From positions 1,440,001-1,504,000 of the forward strand of contig CBDAOB010000004.1 of NCBI GenBank assembly GCA_965197905.1: 64,000 bases of DNA, in the 5' to 3' direction. Below, piece after piece: positions 29,147 to 37,131 of this stretch. A program made the position numbers and the translations under genes. Position 1 is the first letter of the stretch, and each line of letters starts with the position of its first letter. The notes under the pieces are model-generated. The model saw only the letters and a list, made by a program, of their open reading frames with translations, had not been told where the DNA came from and searched no databases. This DNA comes from Candidatus Latescibacterota bacterium. Its GTDB lineage: Bacteria; Latescibacterota; UBA2968; UBA8231.

Positions 29147-29924
29147 GTAGATATACGATGGCCAGCACCGCTACAATCGCCAATGCCATGTAATGAAATT
29201 TTTCGCGACGGTCGACGAATTCCTGGATCCGTTGGAGATCGGGTCGGAATTTTCCCGACATGTTGCGCTGGATGAAGGTCTTGTAGTACTCGATCGCGAA
29301 GCGTTCGAGGCCGCCGTTCATGTATATGAGGAAACCGACGTGGAGCGGGTCGAGAGGGTCGCCGAGAAGGTAGAATAGAGGTGACAGCACGGCAAGAACC
29401 AGACCTGAACGCTGGAACTTCAGCCATCTGAATCCCTCGAAGGGCGCATCCTTGTAGGCCCCGCCCAGGGCAACCAGGAGCCCGGTTCCGTAGGCCACGA
29501 GCAGATATCCCCAACTGCTGACCTCAACCTCGATGAGCAGGAAGCTGAACACTGCGGCGACGATGAGAGCGCCTGCCGCGTAACGCAAGAGATCGCTTTC
29601 CACGTATCTGCCAAAGAAGGTGATCCGCGACGGGACGAAATATTTCGATTGGTCCTCAGTTCGAAAGAACCCCTTGTAAAGCTCGGCGACGAAACGTTCG
29701 ATGCCCATGATCAGGAAGAAAACCTGTACGATGCCGAGGCGAGCCAGGTTCTCGCTGAAAAACGGGATGAAGTAGAGGGCGACCAGGATCGCCACGTTGA
29801 AATAGATGCTGCGGGGAAAGGTTTTCGCTTTGAAGGTCTCGAAGGGAGAATCTTTGAACGCCCCCCAAAGGGATGTATAGAGACCCGAGAATAGGGTGAC
29901 GACCAGTGCGACCGCGAAGCTCAT
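29127..29924 (-). CDS. Uncharacterised ~8-TM membrane protein made of two internal repeats
   Basis: Start at ATG 29924. Repeated GA[FY]KD.PFE.F...F.RS and G[IL]ERF..E.YK.F motifs. Overlaps the GMC start by 20 nt. Confidence 0.8.
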   Translation of the reverse strand: MSFAVALVVTLFSGLYTSLWGAFKDSPFETFKAKTFPRSIYFNVAILVALYFIPFFSENLARLGIVQVFFLIMGIERFVAELYKGFFRTEDQSKYFVPSRITFFGRYVESDLLRYAAGALIVAAVFSFLLIEVEVSSWGYLLVAYGTGLLVALGGAYKDAPFEGFRWLKFQRSGLVLAVLSPLFYLLGDPLDPLHVGFLIYMNGGLERFAIEYYKTFIQRNMSGKFRPDLQRIQEFVDRREKFHYMALAIVAVLAIVYLHEIQVL

Positions 29925-30117
29925 GGGTTCATTTCGTTTACGGCGTCGCCCGGCGGCGGCTGACGGCAACAAACATCCAACCGGCGTTGACCCTAAAATC
30001 GAGAGCGACAATAGTACTGTCATCGCTGTTTGCTAGCAACCAACAGCGGTCACCTCCGCCGTTCCTTGCCAAACGAAGGGGAAGCTCTATTTTTGCTGCC
30101 CGTCGAGAGGAGAAAAT

Positions 30118-30978
30118 ATGCGTTTGGGTGTCGTCGGAATGGTACCGTCCGACCTATCGATGATTCGAGCGGAACACCTGGAAGCGGTCCGCAAGTTGGA
30201 TCTTTCCGGTATCAGTGTTGGACAAGGTCGCGAGCAGCTGTTTGATGTGGATCCGTCCGCCTGCAAGCAGGTGCGATCGCTCTGCACCGAAATGGAGATG
30301 GACCTGGTCCAATTCAATGTGGGCTATGGCGAGTGTCTCTTTCATCCGGACCAGGAGATTCGCGACCGGGCGCTGGAGACGATCGAGCGCGGCATCGAGG
30401 TCGGCTCCGCGGTGGGTGCTCACGTCTGTCTCATTCGTCCGGGAAGCATGGGAGACAGCCCGTACGCCATCTCCATGGAGAACATGCGGCCCGAGTGCCG
30501 CGAGCGACTCGTGGAAACCCTCGGGAGGGTGGCGAACAAAGCGGAGGCAGAAGGGGCGGTCATCATGATCGAAACCCATGCGGTAACCGCCATGGACTCT
30601 CCTGAAACCAACCGGGAGATTCTCCAACAGGTAGGCTCTGATTCGATGGGCGTGGTCATGGACTACGTAAACCATTTCCAATCGTTGGAGCAGGTCTATA
30701 ACAACACCGAGCGTCTAAAGCATATCTATGCCGTCATGGGATCCCTGGCGTCGGTGGGACACTGCAAGGACATCAAGTTCGGCCAGGGGCTTGTCATTCA
30801 CATCGACGAGGAGGTACCCGGCGATGGTGTTCTGGATATGGAAACCGCCCTGCGCTGCTGGCACGAGCTTCGTCCGGACGGGTACATGCTGCTGGAGCAC
30901 CTTCCCGATGAGCTCTATCCCCGGGCAAGCGCCAATGTGCATCGGATCGCAGCAGAGGCGAAGATCGAAATTCACTGA
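30118..30978 (+). CDS. Sugar phosphate isomerase/epimerase family (AP endonuclease 2 TIM barrel)
   Basis: IETH, D.VNH, HCKD, PGDG.LD, LLEH metal-binding pattern. GAGGAG RBS. Confidence 0.85.
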   Translation: MRLGVVGMVPSDLSMIRAEHLEAVRKLDLSGISVGQGREQLFDVDPSACKQVRSLCTEMEMDLVQFNVGYGECLFHPDQEIRDRALETIERGIEVGSAVGAHVCLIRPGSMGDSPYAISMENMRPECRERLVETLGRVANKAEAEGAVIMIETHAVTAMDSPETNREILQQVGSDSMGVVMDYVNHFQSLEQVYNNTERLKHIYAVMGSLASVGHCKDIKFGQGLVIHIDEEVPGDGVLDMETALRCWHELRPDGYMLLEHLPDELYPRASANVHRIAAEAKIEIH

Positions 30979-30990
30979 TTGGAGAGATTG

Positions 30991-32175
30991 ATGATTGAAC
31001 CGCACAGCGCGAAGGAGCTCACTCCGCTTTTCGTAACCGACGCATCACGGCGACAAGAGCTGATCACGGAAGCGGCAAACCTGCCCACCGTCCTCATCTC
31101 ATCGGGAGCCGCGGCGTCGGCAGTCATGCTCGCCTCGGGATATTTCACCCCTTTGTCCGGGTATATGAACGTGGCGACTGCCCTCACCGTCGCGTCGGAG
31201 ATGAAGCTGGATGACGGTGTCTTGTGGCCGGTTCCGGTTCTAAATCTGATTCCAGCTGCAGACCTGCCGTCCAACGTAGAGGTGGAGACCAGGGTCGCGC
31301 TACTCGATCCAAACGTAGAGGGTCATCCGCCCGTTGCCATCCAGACCGTAGCAGGCATCGACACCCTTCCGGACAGCGACCGAGAGACCATCGTTCAGAG
31401 TACGTTTGGAACCACCGATTCCCAGCATCCGGGTGTTGCCGCCTTTAAGGCTATGGGCGATGTAGCGCTCTCCGGCCCCATCGAAGTATTGAGCTACTCC
31501 TACTTTCGCGATGAGTTTCCGGACACCTTTCGCACGGCACCCGAGATCAGGGAGGAGTTCAAACAACGAGGCTGGGACACGGTGGTCGCCTTCCAGACAC
31601 GCAATCCGATGCACCGCGCCCACGAGGAGCTTTGCCGGATGGCCCAGGAAGCCGTTGATGCCGACGGCATCCTAATCCATATGCTGCTGGGCAAATTGAA
31701 GGCCGGAGACATCCCGGCGCAGATTCGGGATGCCTCCATTCGCAAAATGGTGGAGCTGTATTTTCCCAAGAACTCAGTCATGATCGCAGGTTATGGATTC
31801 GACATGCTTTATGCCGGACCGAGGGAGGCAGTGCTGCACGCGATCTTCCGGCAGAACTGTGGTTGCAGCCACCTGATTGTGGGTCGGGATCACGCCGGCG
31901 TCGGGGACTACTACGGACCGTTCGATGCCCAGACCGTCTTCGACGACATCCCGTCCGGAGCATTGCGGATAGAGATTTTTCGCGGTGACCACACCGTCTG
32001 GTGCAACGCTTGCGATAAGGTGGTCATGATGCGCGATTGCCCCCACGGGCCCGACGATTACCTGATGCTTTCCGGCACCAAGGTGCGAGAGCTCTTGGCC
32101 GCCGGCGAGACTCTACCCCCCGAATTTGCACGTCCCGAAGTGGCGGAAATCCTGATGGAGCACTATCAATCCTAG
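30991..32175 (+). CDS. sat: Sulfate adenylyltransferase (ATP sulfurylase, Sat type)
   Basis: GYFTPL.GYM, VAFQTRNPMHRAHE, YAGPREA.LHA.FRQN.GCSH.IVGRDHAGVG, SGTKVR, PEFARPEV. Confidence 0.95.
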   Translation: MIEPHSAKELTPLFVTDASRRQELITEAANLPTVLISSGAAASAVMLASGYFTPLSGYMNVATALTVASEMKLDDGVLWPVPVLNLIPAADLPSNVEVETRVALLDPNVEGHPPVAIQTVAGIDTLPDSDRETIVQSTFGTTDSQHPGVAAFKAMGDVALSGPIEVLSYSYFRDEFPDTFRTAPEIREEFKQRGWDTVVAFQTRNPMHRAHEELCRMAQEAVDADGILIHMLLGKLKAGDIPAQIRDASIRKMVELYFPKNSVMIAGYGFDMLYAGPREAVLHAIFRQNCGCSHLIVGRDHAGVGDYYGPFDAQTVFDDIPSGALRIEIFRGDHTVWCNACDKVVMMRDCPHGPDDYLMLSGTKVRELLAAGETLPPEFARPEVAEILMEHYQS

Positions 32176-32190
32176 TTCACCGGCGGCTGC

Positions 32191-33531
32191 GTGACCGAAC
32201 AGGCCCTTAAGAGTTGCGAACTCCACGTCCATCTTGGTGGCTGTCTCTACGCCGAAGATCTGCTGGAGCTGTGCCGCGACCGTGCCGGCGAGATCGATTG
32301 GGAGCTGTACATCGACGCGTACGCCGAATCGTTCGGCACGAGACCCGATCCCCCCGGGTTGATCGCCGCCGCCCGTGCAAGCACCGAGGGTTTCGACCGC
32401 TTTCGTCGGCACTATGTCGTGGGCCCGGAAGACGGCGGAGACTTTGCGCGCTTTCAGGCGAAGTTCAATCTTGCCCTCTGTATCTATCGCCACTGGTTGC
32501 GAGCAGGCCGCGCGGATGAAGTAACGCGGCACATCATCGATCGACAGCGATCCAACGGATTGGAATTCGCGGAAATCCGCGCCATGTCAGGATCGGCGAC
32601 GGATGATCCGGACGCGTTTCTGGGTTTTCACCGTGCTAATGCACAGGTACTGCGCGAGTGCTCGGGGGACGGATTCCAGGGGCGATATATCGTCAGCTTA
32701 CCGCGGGGCGAGCCGTTGGCGGGTCTGGCTCTGGTGGAGAAACTGTTGGACACCTCACCTGAACTCATAGCGACCATTGTCGGCCTCGATTTCTGTTTCT
32801 TCGAGGAGGGGTACCCACCAAAAACGACGGCCGCTTTTTTTGATCGCCTGAATGCGTTCAACACCAACCATCCGGAACGCGCGCTGGAGGTGGTGTATCA
32901 CGTTGGCGAGGTGTTTTTCGATAAGTCGCTGGAAAGTGCCGTCCGCTGGGTGCACGAGGCCGCGGAGCTTGGTGCCCGGCGGTTGGGGCATGCTCTGGCG
33001 CTGGGGATGGAACCGGAGATTGCCGTGGCTCGACGTCCTGAGGCGCACGAATCCGAGCCGGCCGGCGAGCGCGTGGATCAGATCCGCTACGATCTTGCCA
33101 ACAAGAAGATGTTGGAAGAGTGCGGCGTCGAAGTGGATGAGAAAGGGCTAACGGCAGAGCTAGAGGAACTGTCGGGGTGCCCGCCCTGGATGTCGATCTC
33201 GCGCCCCTATTCTTCGCAGCGGCTAGAGGATGTTCGCCGCCGCCAGAACTCGGTGCTGAAGCGTCTCGCGGAGCTGGGCACCGTCATTGAATCCTGCCCC
33301 ACATCCAACCTGCGCATAGCCAGCCTTCCCGACGCGGCCGCGCATCCTCTGGTCCGCTTCCTCCAGGCCGGCGTACAGGTCGTCATCGGTGCGGACGACC
33401 CCGGTGTGTTTGACGTCACCCTGGAAAGCGAAATCGACTGGGCCTTCGAACATATCGATATGGAACCTGCCCAACTGGTGGAGCGGTTGGGGGATCCGCA
33501 CCGCCATCGACTTGGCGCGCACCGCGATTAG
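32191..33531 (+). CDS. Adenosine/AMP deaminase-fold protein
   Basis: ELHVHLGG, VGLDF, YHVGE, RLGHAL, IESCPTSN, GADDPG. Confidence 0.85.
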   Translation: MTEQALKSCELHVHLGGCLYAEDLLELCRDRAGEIDWELYIDAYAESFGTRPDPPGLIAAARASTEGFDRFRRHYVVGPEDGGDFARFQAKFNLALCIYRHWLRAGRADEVTRHIIDRQRSNGLEFAEIRAMSGSATDDPDAFLGFHRANAQVLRECSGDGFQGRYIVSLPRGEPLAGLALVEKLLDTSPELIATIVGLDFCFFEEGYPPKTTAAFFDRLNAFNTNHPERALEVVYHVGEVFFDKSLESAVRWVHEAAELGARRLGHALALGMEPEIAVARRPEAHESEPAGERVDQIRYDLANKKMLEECGVEVDEKGLTAELEELSGCPPWMSISRPYSSQRLEDVRRRQNSVLKRLAELGTVIESCPTSNLRIASLPDAAAHPLVRFLQAGVQVVIGADDPGVFDVTLESEIDWAFEHIDMEPAQLVERLGDPHRHRLGAHRD

Positions 33532-33570
33532 TCGCTGATCCCGCCCACCCGGCACACATCGAACCCCGTT

Positions 33571-34188
33571 TTACCGTTGCAGTCCCGGGAGCTCGATCTC
33601 CCCCGCGGCAATCCGTTGCAACGTTTCGGCGTAGAGAAGATGCTCCTGGGTCAAAACGCGAGCCGCCAAATCCTCGGGGGTGTCTTCCGCAAGCACCGGA
33701 ACCGTTTTTTGGGCGACGATAGGTCCAGTATCATACTCCGCGTCCACCAGGTGAACGGTGGCTCCGCTCTCTAGCTCCCCCGCCGCGAGAACCGCACCAT
33801 GCACGGCCGCACCGTAGAACCCCTTGCCTCCGAACTTCGGTAAGAGCGCTGGATGAATGTTCAAGATGCGGCCTTGGAAGGCGCTGAGGGTGCGGGGACC
33901 AAGGCGTTTCATGTAGCCGCAAAGGCAGACAACCTTGGATTCGTTGTCGGCAAGCGCGCCACAGATCGCCCGGTCCAGGTCCTCGGGATCGGGGTGGGTG
34001 CGGCTGCTGAGGTGAACCGCTGGTACGCCGGCGCGACGCGCTCGAGCCAACGCCCCGGAGGCGGAATTGTTGCTGATGATCACTCGCGGTTCGGCGTGCA
34101 GCCTGCCTGCGGCGCAGGCATCGAGAATCGCCTGGAGATTGGTGCCACCGTGGGAGGCTAGGAATCCCAGCTGCAGCCTGTCCGTCAT
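33571..34188 (-). CDS. purN: Phosphoribosylglycinamide formyltransferase
   Basis: ASHGGTNLQAI, LCGYMK, NIHPALLP.FGG.G.YG, SGATVH.V...YD.GPI, EH. Confidence 0.95.
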   Translation of the reverse strand: MTDRLQLGFLASHGGTNLQAILDACAAGRLHAEPRVIISNNSASGALARARRAGVPAVHLSSRTHPDPEDLDRAICGALADNESKVVCLCGYMKRLGPRTLSAFQGRILNIHPALLPKFGGKGFYGAAVHGAVLAAGELESGATVHLVDAEYDTGPIVAQKTVPVLAEDTPEDLAARVLTQEHLLYAETLQRIAAGEIELPGLQR

Positions 34189-34238
34189 CGCCTATGCGCA
34201 CCTTCCAAGGCGCATCGAATCCGTTGCAGAAACGTGGG

Positions 34239-34589
34239 TCACAGGATCTCCAGCACCTGTTCGGGGGGCCGGCCCAATCTCGCTTTGTCGCCTGCGACGA
34301 CGATAGGCCGCTCGATTAAAATCGGATTCTCCGTCATCGCGGCGATCAGCTGCTCGTTGGTGACGTCGGCCCCACCCAGCTGCAACTCTGCGAAGACCGA
34401 CTCCTTGGTGCGCATCAACTCCAAGGGATCCATTCCGAGCTGGGTGAGCAACCTCCTTAGGGTCTTGGTGTCTGGGGGCGTTTTGAGGTAGTCGATCACC
34501 TCCGGTTCGAGCCCTTTTTTCTGGAGTAGCGCAAGAGTTTGGCGACTCTTTGAACAGCGGGGGTTGTGATAAATTTCAAGCTTCGACAT
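34239..34589 (-). CDS. arsC: ArsC/Spx-family (glutaredoxin-type) reductase
   Basis: YHNPRCSKSR, YLKTPP, P.LIERPIV, GRPPE. Start at ATG 34589. Confidence 0.88.
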   Translation of the reverse strand: MSKLEIYHNPRCSKSRQTLALLQKKGLEPEVIDYLKTPPDTKTLRRLLTQLGMDPLELMRTKESVFAELQLGGADVTNEQLIAAMTENPILIERPIVVAGDKARLGRPPEQVLEIL

Positions 34590-34647
34590 GTGATCCTCGT
34601 TCGCAGCAAGGAGAGCATCGGCACGTGCAGCGCGGAAAGACGGCCCT

Positions 34648-37113
34648 TCAGGGTTCCGCATCAAGCACCCGGCGGATCTCCGGAGCACGGGGGTGGTCTG
34701 GTTGTAGCTCCAGTACTCGTCGCAGGCAGCGATGGGCATCTACCGGCTGGTCCAGGTGGTGGAGATAGGTCAGTCCCAGGTTGAAATACGCCTTGGCATA
34801 GGCGGGATCCAGTTCGGTTGCCTTCTGCCACGACTGAATCGCCGCTTTGTAGACGCTGCCCAGGCTATTGTAGCCGCGCGCATCCGAGGAATCCAGAGCG
34901 ACAGCCGCTTTCCAGTGGTTTAGGGCTGCCTCGAACTGGCCGTCCCCGTAGAGCACCACCCCCATGTTGTAGTGCGTCGCCGCGTGCTGCGGGCGAATCT
35001 CAAGCGCGGTCCGCCAGTGATCCATCGCCTCGCTGGTTAAACGCATATCGAAGGCGTAGGTCAGTCCCAGATTATAATGGGTGTCGGCGTTGCGCGGATC
35101 GAGTTCGGCCACCCGGCGCCAGTGGTGGATGGCAAGCTCCGGTCGGCCCTGGGCCCGGTGCTCGGCGCCGAGATGTTGGTGGCTTGGCAGGTGGTCCGCG
35201 TCTGCCGCCAGCGCCGCCTGCCAGCTGGGGATCGCCCGTTGCGGCTGATTCAGATCGAAACGATAAACCAGGCCCTGGTTGAAATAGGCGTCCGCCATGT
35301 TCGGATCCACGGCGAGCGCCTTCTCCCAGTACCGAAGGGCCTCACGGAAATGGCCCAGGCGCCGAAAGGCGATGCCGGCATCGTTGTAGAAACGCGGATC
35401 TGCGAAACTGGGATCGCGCCGCGCCGCTGCAAACGCCAGGGGGGCGAATTCGTCGGGCGCGCCTTCGTCGAGAGCCGACTTGGCGGCGCGACGGCTTGCG
35501 GCGGCGAGCAGAACGTGGGCCGACTGTTTTGGGCGCGGTCGGGCGTTCGCCGCAGTGCGCCAAATCTGCACCGCGGGGCCGCTTTGGCTGAGCGCGCCGA
35601 AGTTGCCCAACGGGATATAAAAGGCGTCGATCGGGTCGTACTGTGGACGCGAAACATCGAGGCCCTCAGGGTCAAAAACCGCCACTCGCGATCCCACCTG
35701 TGCAAGCCCAATCTCCAGGTTCCTATCGGCGCTGGAATCGGAGAGCGGATGATCGAGTAGAATGACATACTCGCACTCGAAATCCTCGACAGTCTCGATA
35801 CTCCCGGCGCTCAACTCGCGGTTACCATGCTGAACGACGTAGCTGAAGAACGGTTTTTCAGGGTTCTCCCGCTCCAGGAAGGGGAGCAGCGCATCCATAT
35901 CGCGCTCGTCCAGATTGCGCAGCGCCTTCTGCCGCTTCCACCAAAGATGCTCGAAGGTCTCAACCGGCACATTGCCGGCCCAGCCACCGAAGTTGCAACA
36001 GCGAGCGCCCGGAGCCGCGTTCCGCTCCATCCAGCTTCTGGCCTGGTGCCGCGTGTCCTCGCTGGCTTGTAACTGCGCGACGCGCACCGATCCGTAAAGC
36101 GGTTCGATCAGAAGAGCCAGGAACAGTACTGCTCGCCAGCGCAGATAGGGGATCTGTTTGGCCAGGCCGATGCCTGCAAAAGCCGCCAGCACGACCCACA
36201 CCTCGGCTTGTTTTTGCCGAAAGACCTGCAGCCCCACGGCGATGGCGCCGGCGGCCAACCCGAGATAACCGAGACTGTGTCGCAGGCTGAAGGTGAGATG
36301 GTGCCACCAGGCAAGGTCTCCGCCCCCGCGCCCACTGCGGGCGTGCACAGTCTGGAACAGGAAATGGGCTTTGAAGGTGGCAAAGTCCAAGAGTAGATAG
36401 GGGGAGGTTGCCAGAAAGAGCGCGGCGGCCGCGAGGGGCGCCACCCACAGACGACCCTGCAGCACCGATCGGCGCGCGCACAGGTGCGCCACCGGAATGG
36501 CCAGGCCGACGGCAGCGCCGGGATATTTCGTGCTCGCCGCCAGACCGACCAGGGCGCCGGCCAGCAGGTAGTCCCGGGTGCGGTCGACGGTCAGGAGTCG
36601 CACCGCCGCCCAGGTGGCTCCCACAACCCAGAAGGCCATAGGTACGTCAACAGCCGCCAGCGGAGTCTGACGCACGTGAAGAACGCTGACCGCCAGGAGC
36701 CCCGCTGCGGCCAGGGCGGCTCCCTCCCCTCCCACCCTCTTCACCAGGCGATACACCCACCAGATCGTTAGCGTCGAAAAGCAGACACTTGCCAGCCTGG
36801 CCAGCAGCAACAGCGAATCGGTGTCGAAAAAGGTGTGGTAAGCGGTAAACTCGGACGCCGTCCAATTGCGGCCGAGCACCTTTCCTACGATGAAATAGGC
36901 GGCGTAGAGCAGTCCGAGGAGATAGAAGTGGAACGTAGGTTTATGGAAGGAGTGCGGATTGAGATCCCCGCTGAAAAAGTTCAGCGGGTAAACCACCAGA
37001 AAGATTTCGTCGGGGTGCTCGGCGGGGGATCCGAAGGCCAAACCCCACAAACGCAGCCCCACCGCAGCGGCGAGTATCGCTGGAAACGCCCAGTTCCTCA
37101 ATCTATCCAACAC
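34648..37113 (-). CDS. GT-C (PMT/ArnT-like) membrane glycosyltransferase with C-terminal TPR array
   Basis: LRL.GL.FG.P..HPDE, DLNP..F.KP, ARL.S, GLA.STKY, then about 7-8 TPR repeats. Confidence 0.8.
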   Translation of the reverse strand: MLDRLRNWAFPAILAAAVGLRLWGLAFGSPAEHPDEIFLVVYPLNFFSGDLNPHSFHKPTFHFYLLGLLYAAYFIVGKVLGRNWTASEFTAYHTFFDTDSLLLLARLASVCFSTLTIWWVYRLVKRVGGEGAALAAAGLLAVSVLHVRQTPLAAVDVPMAFWVVGATWAAVRLLTVDRTRDYLLAGALVGLAASTKYPGAAVGLAIPVAHLCARRSVLQGRLWVAPLAAAALFLATSPYLLLDFATFKAHFLFQTVHARSGRGGGDLAWWHHLTFSLRHSLGYLGLAAGAIAVGLQVFRQKQAEVWVVLAAFAGIGLAKQIPYLRWRAVLFLALLIEPLYGSVRVAQLQASEDTRHQARSWMERNAAPGARCCNFGGWAGNVPVETFEHLWWKRQKALRNLDERDMDALLPFLERENPEKPFFSYVVQHGNRELSAGSIETVEDFECEYVILLDHPLSDSSADRNLEIGLAQVGSRVAVFDPEGLDVSRPQYDPIDAFYIPLGNFGALSQSGPAVQIWRTAANARPRPKQSAHVLLAAASRRAAKSALDEGAPDEFAPLAFAAARRDPSFADPRFYNDAGIAFRRLGHFREALRYWEKALAVDPNMADAYFNQGLVYRFDLNQPQRAIPSWQAALAADADHLPSHQHLGAEHRAQGRPELAIHHWRRVAELDPRNADTHYNLGLTYAFDMRLTSEAMDHWRTALEIRPQHAATHYNMGVVLYGDGQFEAALNHWKAAVALDSSDARGYNSLGSVYKAAIQSWQKATELDPAYAKAYFNLGLTYLHHLDQPVDAHRCLRRVLELQPDHPRAPEIRRVLDAEP

Positions 37114-37131
37114 CGTCGCGGTTGGGCTGGA

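Noticed and set aside
30991..33531. Complete RADAR anti-phage system
   Set aside because: No RdrA-type AAA+ ATPase is adjacent and the deaminase is about half the usual RdrB size. Kept only as a motif resemblance.
34239..34589. Arsenic resistance operon
   Set aside because: Lone ArsC-family gene without arsR, arsB or acr3.
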